35,827 bases of DNA, taken from positions 23,969,820 through 24,005,646 of the forward strand of contig NC_068995.1 in assembly GCF_001194135.2 (NCBI RefSeq), written 5' to 3'. The notes beneath the pieces are model-generated. The model did not search any database, was not told the origin of the DNA, and saw nothing but the letters and a program-made list of their open reading frames with translations. The position numbers and the translations under genes were made by a program. This document shows positions 21,961-33,897 of this stretch, in pieces (positions within the stretch are counted from its first letter, which is position 1; each line of letters begins with the position of its first letter). This DNA is from Octopus bimaculoides (Eukaryota).

Positions 21961-22691
21961 CAGTTTTGGCGGGGCTTTTTTGGTGGTGGAGTGCATGTGT
22001 GAACGGTACGTGAACGTAGATCTGTTGTTGTCAGCGTACCGATGTCTGTGTGTGTGAAAAGGACAAGTTGGATGGGTAGTAGTGAGTATATGACATACGT
22101 GTATATGATCAAGTGAAAATTATAGAAGGTGAAAAAGATGACATGAGGTGTTAGTGTGCATGTGGACGCTGTGTTAATGTCTTGAGGGTGAGTCTACAGG
22201 TGTGAGGTTGTGAGGTGGTGCGGTGTAAGATTTATGTAGTGGGGAGGATGCTAATGAAGTAAGGCCACATATTAGTTAGCGAGAGAGAAGACAAAGGGGA
22301 GCAAGTGCAACCGGTGTTCAATTCTACTGCTGCTGAGGAGAGCGAAAATAAAAAAAAAGAGATGGGTGGGTACGGTTTTTAGAGAGAAGATGCGTTACGG
22401 TTCTATCTCAAAGCAGTACGAGGTATGCCCTATGCTCGAGACCAGGCTGAAAAAAGGTGGAGGTGAAACTGTTCAGAGAGAGAGGGGGAGAGAGGGAGGG
22501 AGAGAGTGAGAAAGAGAGAGGTAGAAAAAGAAAGAAAATAGAGGCAATCCGTTTCCAAGTCAGATGCCCTGCATGTTTGTTCGGCATAGATCAAAAATCA
22601 GAAAGGAGTAGAAATACCTACACACGGATATACGTAAACATATTTGTACATGTACCTATGTATATGTAAGAATATATTCATAAATTTGCCT

Positions 22692-22738
<47 letters not shown>

Positions 22739-23520
22739 NNNNNNNNNNNNNNNNNNNNNNNNNNNNNNNNNNNNNNNNNNNNNNNNNNNNNNNNNNNNNN
22801 NNNNNNNNNNNNNNNNNNNNNNNNNNNNNNNNNNNNNNNNNNNNNNNNNNNNNNNNNNNNNNNNNNNNNNNNNNNNNNNNNNNNNNNNNNNNNNNNNNNN
22901 NNNNNNNNNNNNNNNNNNNNNNNNNNNNNNNNNNNNNNNNNNNNNNNNNNNNNNNNNNNNNNNNNNNNNNNNNNNNNNNNNNNNNNNNNNNNNNNNNNNN
23001 NNNNNNNNNNNNNNNNNNNNNNNNNNNNNNNNNNNNNNNNNNNNNNNNNNNNNNNNNNNNNNNNNNNNNNNNNNNNNNNNNNNNNNNNNNNNNNNNNNNN
23101 NNNNNNNNNNNNNNNNNNNNNNNNNNNNNNNNNNNNNNNNNNNNNNNNNNNNNNNNNNNNNNNNNNNNNNNNNNNNNNNNNNNNNNNNNNNNNNNNNNNN
23201 NNNNNNNNNNNNNNNNNNNNNNNNNNNNNNNNNNNNNNNNNNNNNNNNNNNNNNNNNNNNNNNNNNNNNNNNNNNNNNNNNNNNNNNNNNNNNNNNNNNN
23301 NNNNNNNNNNNNNNNNNNNNNNNNNNNNNNNNNNNNNNNNNNNNNNNNNNNNNNNNNNNNNNNNNNNNNNNNNNNNNNNNNNNNNNNNNNNNNNNNNNNN
23401 NNNNNNNNNNNNNNNNNNNNNNNNNNNNNNNNNNNNNNNNNNNNNNNNNNNNNNNNNNTCCATCCCTCTCCCCCCTCTCTCTCTCTCGATAGTACGCGCG
23501 TTCACTCACACACAAGCTTA

Positions 23521-23690
23521 TGTGTGTGTGTGTGTGTGTGTGTGTAGTGTGTTTAAATATATATCGATGTATATGTTTGTATTTTCTATATACGTGTGTA
23601 TGTATGTATGTATGTATGTATGTATGCATGTGTGAATGTATGTGTGTATATGTGTATGTGTGTATGTATGTATATAGCGGCATGCAGGCA
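23521..23690. repeat. (GT)n/(GTAT)n microsatellite
   Basis: Direct reading. Confidence 0.9.
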
Positions 23691-24354
23691 TATATGTTTG
23701 ACAATATTTTCAGTCGAACTAAATATGTTGCAGCCTGAGCTAGCAAACCAGCGCCAATAAAACTATAAAGCGAAGAACTATTGCCCTTATTCTCAGAGCA
23801 CAGCACTTCTCGTTGTATTGAATTCTAACCCTTGATCACACAGCATTTCCTTCCTAATAGCAGCTCTGGCTGTAGATAAAAGAAGACCAATGACACTGCT
23901 GCAAAAGTCTGTCCAATTTGAAGCACGAAATTTTACTCAATTGTCAAAACATGCCACACTAATTTATAAGCCTTGTTATAAGATTCTTTGTGCCTGCAGC
24001 AAAAGTATTAATACTTTCATGGAAGCGAGCTGTGTCTGAACATACAAATCGTCTCAAAGTATGTTTCTCGAGTAGAAAGTGAACAGAAGCGAAAATAGTG
24101 TAGGTGGGGGATAAAAAGAGTAGAGTGGAAGCTAATAAGTCCCAAAATACCATGTATAAAAGAGTCAAGGAAGCAGAATGGAAATTATATTAGTTCCGAT
24201 GTTGTTCTCAGACAAGTCGTATTAGAAACGGCACTGAGCAATAGCTATTAAAACCGAGACTAATAAACAGAAAATGCTGGAATCACCAAAGAAGTAGGTG
24301 TAACAAGCGCTGCTAAAGAGTAAAGAAGGTCAGGGAGGTGCTGTTATATTGATG

Positions 24355-24371
24355 TTAATGTTGTTGTTGTT

Positions 24372-24407
<36 letters not shown>
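24355..24407. repeat. (GTT)n(GTC)n microsatellite
   Basis: Direct reading. Confidence 0.9.
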
Positions 24408-24408
<1 letters not shown>

Positions 24409-24738
24409 ATGTTAAAATGTTTGTTGTTACGAGTGGTAATAGTGGTGGTTGTTGTTTCGCTGGTGTTTGTGTGAATGCTGCTATTAAAGTAAAAGACTGA
24501 GTCTTAATTTATGGAAAGCTGTGAGTTGGTTAATGCAGCGTATGTGTGTGTACGTGTGAATGTAAAAGAGTGTAGCTGAATGTTTGTATGTGTGAATGTG
24601 TTTGTCAGAAATTGACTGTATTCATTTGTACAGACTGTGTGTGTGTGTGATAGCGTATTTAGATTGTATGTAAACGTATATGAGACCGTCTATTTACGAG
24701 TGTGTGGTAATAGTATGTTTGTGCATACATATATATAA

Positions 24739-24778
<40 letters not shown>

Positions 24779-25659
24779 ATCTATGTATCTATGTGTGGAT
24801 ATGTTTGTGCGTGCTTCTTTCTGAGTATAAGTGTAAACCTCTATATGTGTAAATATGTGAACCTGAAAATGTATAACTAAATGTATGTGTTATATAGGCT
24901 TAATAAGCATATATGTATGTGAGAATTGGTGCGTATGTGCCATATATTAATGTGTCTAACTTATATATGTGTTCTGTGTGTGTGTGTGTGCGTCTGGGTG
25001 TGTGTGTGTGTGCATGTGTATGTGTTGTGCGTGTGTACGTGTGTGAGTGTATGTGTGAGTAAGTGTGTGTGTAATAGTGTATATGTATGTGTTTGTGTGT
25101 GTGTGTGTGAGGCGTGAGGATATGTTAAGATGTGCATGTGCTTGTGTATGAGTTATCATACAGATGTGTTTAGATGAGAGAATCTTTACATAATGTAGTT
25201 GCTTGAGAAATAACATTGATTTCTTACTTACGCCACATCTCCGTACATTTAAAGGCAGAAGAATGATGTAGGGGTGGTGTTCATGCATTTCAAAAAGACA
25301 AGGATGCTGAATTGAAGTGAATTATTTTTAGTTAGGTACCAAATTGGTTGGGAACCCATATCTTCCCAATTTTTCCATCAGTCTCACCACCATTAATAAA
25401 AAAACATAATGAAAGATCAGACGAATGTCTATGAAATTATATTAATACATAATTCTTTTAAGGGCGGGATACCTCGAACCAGACACATAAAGCTATAAAT
25501 AATAGCATGTAAATATTGGTCTGAAAAAACCTCTTTGAATAGAAAAAGTGGAAGGCTGCCCGAAGGTGTTCTACCATTCTATCAAAACAATCCTTCAATT
25601 CTTATGATTCAATGTAGTAACTAACTGTTAATTATTTCTATTTCTAATCGATAGTTATT

Positions 25660-25792
25660 ATAGGTATAAGGCCAGAAATTTGGGGAGTGGAAGCTAGTCG
25701 ATTACACTGACCCCAACTGGGACTTATTTCATCGACCCCAAAGGGATAACAGGCAAAACCGACTTCAGCGGAGATATATTAATTAATGATGA
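25660..25792 (-). mobile_element. SINE family A 3' portion
   Basis: 'aaggccagaaatttggggagtggaagctagtcgattacac...cttatttcatcgaccccaaaggg...ggcaaaaccgacttcagcgg'. Confidence 0.75.
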
Positions 25793-26457
25793 ATCTCCGT
25801 AGATTTCACGAGTATAATTCTTATTCATTCAAATAAACTGCTATATTCATTGAAGTATTATGTAAATGGTTGAGAATTCCTCCGACGTTTGTTTCTTCAG
25901 ACAAAATCAAGGTTGACCCTCTTAATTATAGCTACAATCCATCTGATGGCCTTCCACTTTTTCCACCAACCCTTTGGATTTGCAAGACATGAGCTGACTC
26001 GTGCTTAAGGTAAAAAAAAGTCAACTGCCTAAAATGCTCATCATTGCGGAGCATCTACCACACTATTCTTCTGGGCTAACATCGTGAAACAACGAAATCT
26101 ATCAAATAAAAACATTGTTTGTGAACTATAAAATATATCACATAGATATGATCATTAGAGCTGTAATCAAATGCTGCCAGGAGCTTTGCCCGATGCTCTA
26201 AGGATTCTAATTTCTTTGTAAGTTTCAAACGATTCAAACAAAATCTTATACGTGAAGATTACAATTAAGCGGTGTGATGGGAGGAAAAATTTAGTCTAAG
26301 GCTAAGGAGGTCGCTTATAGAAAATGTATAAATCTTTGATATTTATTACGCACATATGTAAGGTACATAATTATTAAATGAAGATATTTGTTACATTTTA
26401 AAACTATAGGCTAGAGTAACACACTCACGCATAAACATACACACACATACACACACG

Positions 26458-26458
<1 letters not shown>

Positions 26459-26536
<78 letters not shown>

Positions 26537-26562
26537 ACACACACACACACACACACACACTC
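26459..26562. repeat. (CT)n(CA)n microsatellite
   Basis: Direct reading. Confidence 0.95.
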
Positions 26563-26711
26563 ATTGGTGTGAGGAACTACCACGTGATTCGGATCAGGGA
26601 TTCTTTAATTTTTACTACTCCAGTAGTTTCTTATCGTCCCCTTTCTCACTTTCTGTCTCTTATTCTGTTTCGGTCTATTTCTCTGCCATTTTATATTATT
26701 TCTGGTCAGGT

Positions 26712-26920
26712 TAAGGCGATGAGCTGATACAATCGTTCGCTGCTGGGGAAAATGATTAACGGTATTTGTTCTGGCTTCACATTCCTATTTCAGATTTCGC
26801 AGAGGTCGACTTGGCCTTTCATACTTTCGGAGTCAATAAAATTGGTTTTATTCGAGCTCTGGGCTCAATGTAATCGACTAGCACTCTCTTCCAAGACTTC
26901 AGGTCTTGTGCCTATGGCAG
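26712..26920 (+). mobile_element. SINE family A, full length, diverged
   Basis: 'aaggcgatgagctgatacaatcgtt...gaggtcgacttggcctttcat...atgtaatcgacta...caggtcttgtgcc'. Confidence 0.8.
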
Positions 26921-26942
26921 AAACGATTTTTCTGATCAGGTT

Positions 26943-27137
26943 GAGGCGGCGAGCTGGCATAATCGTTAGCACGCCGTACTAAATGCTTACCAACATATCT
27001 TCTGACTACGTTCGAAGTTCAAATGCCCGCTGAGGTCGTCTTTTATCATTTCGGGGTCGATAAAATAAGTACCAGTGGAGCATTGGGACCGATGTAATCG
27101 ACTTACCCCCTACCTCAAAATTTTAGGCTTTGTGCCT
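26943..27137 (+). mobile_element. SINE family A, full length
   Basis: A-box-like 'tggcataatcg', B-box-like 'gttcgaagttcaaat', 3' end 'aggctttgtgcc'. Confidence 0.85.
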
Positions 27138-27839
27138 GACGTATGATTAAGGGAGCCTATATCTTCCCCCAATCTGTGCATCTGATCTCATGAAACGTAT
27201 TGCGCAAATACAGCGCCTAAATTTGTATTTGGAAGGCACAAGAAAAACTGTTGGGGCTTTAGCAAACTGCAGCTAGGCAATTCTCCTATTCTATAGTTCT
27301 TCTCTAATAGAGTCGAGTAAAAACCTACCGTTTTCGTTACATAATACTGTTGTGTGCTTATTTTTTCGTCTAATTTACGAAATTGGTCTGTGGCAGCTTT
27401 TGTTTACAAGAGACGAAACTAGTTGTACACTCGTGTATGTATCTTTACTTTCATTTGACAAACTTCTTTGGATGTTTGTGTGTTATTTTTGTTATTATTT
27501 TTTCCAAATGTTTCGCTAGGATCACTCTGTACAATATAGTTTTCCACAGATAAACCAATATTTTCCTGTTATAAATTACATGCACTTTACTATAAAGTAC
27601 TCCTGTTAATGTTTCCCTGATGTTCTTATTCGGTTGGCTTCTACATCACCATTTTATACATTTATCCACACAATATTGATAACAATATAATTTACCAACA
27701 CAGACCATTTTGTCTGCAGACTGGAAATACGTCGTGTATAAAAGTGTATTAACAGAAAATATTTTTTACGCTGTTTAAGCTTCGAACAATCCAGAGACGA
27801 AATGCGATATCAGAAATACATCAGAATGGGTCTGCTGAG

Positions 27840-27840
27840 A

Positions 27841-27884
<44 letters not shown>
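27840..27884. repeat. (TAG)n microsatellite at the SINE 3' end
   Basis: Direct reading. Confidence 0.95.
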
Positions 27885-28075
27885 ATGATTTCAAATGTTG
27901 GCACAAGGCTAACAAATTCGGGGGAGGGGATAAGTCGATTACATCGACCTCAGTGCTTAACTGGTACTTATTTTATTGGCCACGAAAGGATAAAAGGCAA
28001 CGTCGACCTCGACGGAGTTTGAACTCAGAATGTAAAGACAGACGAAATGCGCTAAGCATTTTTCCTGGCGCGGTA
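27885..28075 (-). mobile_element. SINE family A
   Basis: Near-colinear with 28234-28423; reverse-complement B-box 'gagtttgaactcagaat'. Confidence 0.85.
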
Positions 28076-30365
28076 AATGTAGAAGACGAACTAAACGTCA
28101 CACAGTCAATAAATATGGACCAGCGTAAACGTTCACCAGGCTGCAGAAAAATAAACAGCTCCATGAAAGGATAAATAGATACAACAGAGCCTTACAAGTA
28201 ATAATGACCAAATCAAAAGATACACTAGATATCCTTTTCTACTCTAGACACAAGGCCCGAAATTTTTGGGGAGGGGGCCAGTCGATTAGATCGACCCCAG
28301 TACACAACTGGTACTTAATTTGTCGACCCCGAAAGGATGAAAGGCGCAGTCGACCTCCGCGGAATTTGAACTCAGAACGTAAAGACAGACGAAATACCGC
28401 TAAGCATTTAGCCCGGCATGAACATACACTAGATATCAACAAACTAAATGACTTGATCTACTCAATAGCTGTAGTGAAATCCAGGGAAACTGGACTTGAC
28501 CCTTACTAAGAAAAAAAAATCCCAGCCAAAATGGAAACAGATCATAATAAATAAAATTCAAAAACAGAAGAAAGACTTATCACTGCTTTGGGAATTAGTG
28601 AAAATGGGATCAAATATGAAAAATAAAAAAAAAGACTCATATAAGAAAACAATACAACATAAAAGGTAAAGAAGGTACCTGGGAGGTAAAAGAAAACATT
28701 AAACAGGGTATGGCAGCAAAAGATTGCCGCATAAATCGATATGAAAAACGGGAAAGCTTCTTCCAACAAAATTGAGAATTCAAAATAAACATAAAAAGTT
28801 TTTTATGGAAAGTTAAACAAAAGAACTATATCAATAAATACCATGTCAAAAACATCGGCGACTCAGTCAACTGGGAAACAATATAGAGCAACCAAACAAA
28901 ATCCACGACAAAAATGCTCAGTGGATTAATAGGGAAAAGGAAAGGAAGACCACAATAGAACAAAAGATATGGCTCACCATCACAGGCCAAGAAATCATGG
29001 ACACACGGAAGATACTCCTGAAAAACTCCAGGGGTAGACAACGTCCCCAATTTCTGGTTGAAACACCTCACCAGTATCCATAACCACTTAGTGGCAGCAT
29101 TCAATTTATTGATAAGTGAGCCAGAATAAACATCAAATTGGATGCTGGAAGGACAAACCACCCTGTTTCTCAAAAACAGAGACACCGGACACCCACAAAA
29201 TCACAGACCAATTTCACGCCTGTCAGCATCCTACAGAACCCTAACATCAGTCATCTATAACCGGCTTATAAACCATCTGGAAAACAACATTGTTTTATCA
29301 GAAGAACACAAAGGGTGCCGGAAAGGGATGTACGACTGTAAGGAGCAACTTCCGATAAACCTAGCTACTGTAGAGGACTGTAAGAGGAGAAAGACAAACT
29401 TGAACACGACTTGGATTGATTCCAGAAAACATTCGACTGTGTTGCACACTCATGCATACTGGAATCTCTCCACACATATAAAGTAGCCCCACCACTACTA
29501 AAATATATTAAATAGGCAATAGCAAACTGGAAAACCAGTATAACATTACAAATAGACGCACAAGTTATTGCAACCTACCCTACACTCATAAGAAGAGGGA
29601 TTCTCCAGGGAGACTCACTGTCACCCCTGATTTTCTACTTTTCTCTGACCCAGCTAAATAACTTGTTAAACAAAACCACCATAGGTAATAGGTGCTATGG
29701 ACAAAAAATAAACCATCTCCTGTACATGGGTGACATAAAACTAAAAGCACCATGGAACAGAGAAATCTTATCAAAATTGTCCAGGGTTTTAGCAATGACA
29801 TCGAAATGAGCATGGAGCTGGACAAATGTGTCAGAGTCAGACTGAAAGGAGGCAAATTATTCAGCACTGAAAAAGCTGCACTCGACATAGAGACAGAAAT
29901 GAGAGAATTATACCACAACCGCCCATACAAATATCTAGGAAGAGTAGATACAGCTAAAATACAACACACAGAAATGAAAGAGAAAATTAGGAGAGAGTAA
30001 TATAGGAGAGTTAGACTTATATTAAACACTGAACTTAATGCTAAAGATAAAATAACAGGAATAAACACGCTATCTACACCAGTCATAAATTACAACTTTA
30101 ACATAATGAACTGGGAGATCAGTGAATTGAGAAACCTAGATAGAAAAAACAGAAAACTACTAACAGCGTACCGAAGTCACCTTCCCCCCCTCCCCAAAGC
30201 AGACGTAGACAGAACAAATCTACCACACTCAGAAGGATGCCGTGGCCTAATACAGATCGAAATCTACTATAAAATACTATAAAATAACAACAGTTGAACT
30301 AGCAAAGTACTTAGAAACAAAGAGTGGAAGACTACTGCATGTAGTAAAGCAAAAGAAAAGAAAAT
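28076..30365 (+). pseudogene. R4/Dong-like non-LTR retrotransposon RT, fragmented and truncated at both ends
   Basis: Colinear remnants: INKLNDLIYSIA; KTPGVDNVPNFWLK; PQNHRPIS; EEHKGCRK; WIDSRKHS (~WIDYRKAFD); IRRGILQGDSLSPLIF; NHLLYMGDIKL (YMDD degenerate); YKYLG; PKADVDR..GCRGL. Multiple stops and frameshifts. Confidence 0.9.
28234..28423 (-). mobile_element. SINE family A inserted in the LINE with a 14-bp TSD
   Basis: Flanked by identical atacactagatatc at 28220-28233 and 28424-28437. Confidence 0.9.
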
Positions 30366-30449
30366 GGTTTTCTATATACACAGGGAGGTCAAAGTAGTTC
30401 TCTTATTAGTTTGGTGGATATTTTCTCTTAATTTCTATACATTTTCACA

Positions 30450-30486
<37 letters not shown>

Positions 30487-31006
30487 GTAAGTATGTATGT
30501 GTATTTATTCATGTATAGACATGTATAAACGTATCAAGTCAGACGTATATAGAAATTATTTGAGCCTGACTCTTCGGTAGAACACATGCGTATGGGTAGT
30601 ATGTATTTGAGCTGGAATNNNNNNNNNNCTGTCGCCGTAGACAATGCCAAAACTGAAGAATGTAAAACGTGCTGCTGCTGAGTGCCATTACGACTGGACG
30701 CCATAAATCAATGAGAAAGGAATGTCTGCGAGACGTCACAAGACAAAAAAATGGGCGGAAGGAAATCTCAAGGAATTGATAGTTTCAGGTAATTAAGGCT
30801 ACACGTTATTAAGTGTCTGACTGACTATTTAATCTGTGTGTTAGGGTATTTTTATGCACGAATGACAGCATATGCTTGTTTGTGAACGCGTATGTACGTA
30901 AGTGTGTATGTACATACAAATGTCTGTGCCTATATGTGTATATATGTGTATATATGTGTGTAGTATTCGTATTTACATATATGCAAATATATGTATAGAT
31001 ATATGT

Positions 31007-31360
31007 GCTTGGCCTGCGAAGTCCCCAGACCTCACCGTATGTGATCTTTTCTTGTGGGGATATGTAAAAGATCGCGTTTATGTTCCACCGCTACCCACTA
31101 ACCTCGGTGACCTTAAACATCGAATAACAACAGCAATCAAATCAGTAGATCGTGATATGCTGATACGCATCTGTGAAGAATTCTCTTATCGCATTGATGT
31201 TGCCCGCGCTGCAGGTTCTGGCCACACTGAACACTTGTAAGGCAGGAAATAAAATTTGATAGTAAGTAAACACTTGTGACTTCGCTGGAATTTTCTATTG
31301 CTTTTCCTTATAAAAATATTGCGTAAAGAAATCGATTCATTCTGTTTGAATAACCCTATA
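31007..31360 (+). pseudogene. Tc1/mariner (ITm) transposase C-terminus plus right TIR
   Basis: Open frame AWPAKSPDLTVCDLFLWGYVKDRVYVPPLPTNLGDLKHRITTAI...GHTEHL* (stop 31238-40). Ends 'ttctgtttgaataacccta|ta', typical of a Tc1-type TIR with a TA target. Confidence 0.85.
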
Positions 31361-31616
31361 GAATTATATTAATCAAAGGACACATTAAAGTGTGTACCAG
31401 CTAGAAATAAGAGTCAAAACCTGCATTTGAACCACCAAAAAATATTTACATCGAGAATAACAGATTCAGCAGTATTCGGGCGAGCGAACCACAAGATCTC
31501 TCACATATACATATATATATATTAATGTTGTTGTTACTATAGACTATTTTATTGCTTTCGTTAATAATAACAATAGTAATAGCTATATAAATATTCACTT
31601 CTGAATATTTTTGCTG

Positions 31617-31617
<1 letters not shown>

Positions 31618-31677
<60 letters not shown>

Positions 31678-32085
31678 TGTATATATGTATGTATATATCT
31701 GTATGTATATATACATATATATATGCATGTATGGATATATATATATGTGTGTGTGTGTCTGTATATGTATATGTATATGTATGTGGATACGTATATGGAC
31801 AGATAGATATACAGATAGATAGGTACATAGTTAATATGGACAGACGGGCACACACACGCACCTACACATACATACATACATACAAACATACATACATACA
31901 TACATACAAACGTGCACACATGCAAACATATATATATATGCATACACACATACATGCAGAGTACATACATACAAATGTGCACACATGCATACACATATAC
32001 ATACATGCACACTCACATACATACACACATACATACATATACACATACATACATATGTGTATATGCATGCACACTGAGGCATACG
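31618..32085. repeat. Long (TA)n and mixed CA/CATA microsatellite tract
   Basis: Direct reading. Confidence 0.9.
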
Positions 32086-32313
32086 CATGCGGACGAAAAA
32101 AAAGACGCAATTCTGATAACGGACAGAATTAATGACTATTGAAAAGGTTGCAAGTCGCAATGAAAATTTTAGTAAAAAGTAACAAGTAAATGAGTGGGAA
32201 TCAGACCGTTGAGTGTGTTAATTTAATAAGGCTTCAACACACGAATTCATATAAAGAATCTTGCAAGTCAATACAATTTGCTTTTGAAGCGTTCAGAGAT
32301 TTTGAAAGATACA

Positions 32314-32740
32314 GATAAGGAAATAATTTTTATTTTCAAATGCAGGATAATGCTAATAATAAAGCATGAACAGTATAAACTATCCATATTTTGCAGAAAT
32401 ATCTTTTGGCGGCCAGTAATGAGACTCGAACGCACATCCCTGTGATTACGTGTCAATATATCTCAACGCTTCTAAAGCAAACTTTGTTGATTTTCAAGTT
32501 GAATTTAACGTGCCATGGCGTCTTATAAAACTAGATCTATATATTCTAAAATTGCAGACAAACTTGTCACTGAGCAGTTTAGCTTAATGGTAAAGCACTT
32601 GACGCGTAATCACAGCGTTATGAGTTCGAGTGTCATGGCTAGCCACCGACAGATTTTTCTGCAAAATATAGATAGTTTATCCTGTTCATGCTATATTATT
32701 AACATTATCCTGCGTTTGAGGATAAAATTATTTCTTTATA
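32314..32740. repeat. Inverted pair of tRNA-headed repeats (arms ~32314-32458 and ~32597-32740)
   Basis: The arms align in reverse complement at roughly 80% by eye. The plus copy has 'tagcttaatggtaaagcac...cgtaa...gagttcgag'. Confidence 0.8.
32572..32645 (+). pseudogene. tRNA-like head (Thr-CGT-like pseudogene or SINE head)
   Basis: A-box 'tagcttaatggt', anticodon-loop-like 'cgcgtaa', B-box 'gagttcgagt'. Acceptor stem is not intact. Confidence 0.5.
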
Positions 32741-32754
32741 TATATATATATATA

Positions 32755-32950
32755 TACGCACGTACCCGTGACGAAGTTCTTGAGGAGATTTAGAGTGACA
32801 CTGAATGTGACAAAGCAGGTACTACTCATTTTTGCTAGCTGAGTGGACTGCACCAACCCGAATAATGTCTCGCTGAAGGGTACAAGGCGCTGCCGGGAAT
32901 CGAATTCACGACCTTAAAATCGGGAGCGAATACACTAAGCTACACACCTT
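32755..32950 (-). mobile_element. tRNA-derived SINE family B
   Basis: Reverse complement 'ggtgtgtagcttagtgtattcgctcccgattttaaggtcgtgaattcgattcccggcagcgccttgtaccc...actcagctagcaaaaatgagtagtacctg' matches 21680-21960. Confidence 0.8.
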
Positions 32951-32965
32951 CATACACACCTTCAT

Positions 32966-33003
<38 letters not shown>

Positions 33004-33075
33004 CGATTAGAGACAGTTATTCTCTGTATTGAATACACTTCTTAGTGTTCAAGTGATTTAATCTTGATCAGATAG

Positions 33076-33336
33076 AGGAGTAAATGTAAGGACAAGCAAG
33101 CTAGGCAAGTCGATATGCAAATGATGGTAAATTTACAATCATTATTTTGAACTACAACGCCACTAGAACCAGCTGTTGGACTCCAAAAGCTCTTATTCAA
33201 CACTTTAATTCCTGATATCATTTCTATTGTGTAAGTCGACCTTTATACATATAAACATATGTACATTTTTTGTATTAAATGTATTTAATATTTTTGTATT
33301 GACTTGCCTAACTTGCTTGTGCTTACATTTAATCCT
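33076..33336. mobile_element. MITE-like element with ~45-bp terminal inverted repeats
   Basis: 33076-33121 'aggagtaaatgtaaggacaagcaagctaggcaagtcgata' versus the reverse complement of 33292-33336 'aggattaaatgtaagcacaagcaagttaggcaagtcaata'. Confidence 0.65.
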
Positions 33337-33781
33337 ATATGTGTGTGTGTGTTTGTGTGATAAACAATATTAATAATATAGCATGAGTGAGATTATGTAC
33401 CAGTATGAGCTGTTAATATATGCGGGCTTGCCAGTGTAGGGAAAGTTAATTGCAATGTTTTCAGCTATGACAAAGAGACAGAAACCAAACTACAGAAAGA
33501 GATAAATATTTAAGAACATACAGGCTTAAGGTCACAGCTTCTAGTGTGAATATGGCATCTTAGTGTGGATACATTTCGTATATTCTCACGTGGAATGCTA
33601 TATGAAAATGTGTTTGAATCAGTGATTACACATATATGCACGTACAGATACACACATACACATGCATACACACGCATACATGCATGTACACTCAAACATA
33701 TATACAGATACATATATTTATATATACATGTATGTATGGATGTGTATGTATTGTGTTTGTGTGAGTGAGGGAAAGAGAGGA

Positions 33782-33897
33782 TACATACATACGTACGTAC
33801 GTGCATACATACATACATACATACATACATACATACATACATACATACATACATACATACATACATACATACATACGCATATACAGACATATACATA
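33782..33897. repeat. (ACAT)n microsatellite
   Basis: Direct reading. Confidence 0.95.

Noticed and set aside
25901-26009. Candidate exon with good AG/GT boundaries
   Set aside because: All three frames contain stop codons; no supporting homology
27719-27780. DWKYVV peptide after a cag acceptor, reminiscent of the nicotinic receptor M4 'DWKYVA'
   Set aside because: The following residues do not match MVLDR and the frame stops after about 19 codons
32572-32645. Functional tRNA gene
   Set aside because: The acceptor and anticodon stems do not pair properly; more likely a SINE head or pseudogene
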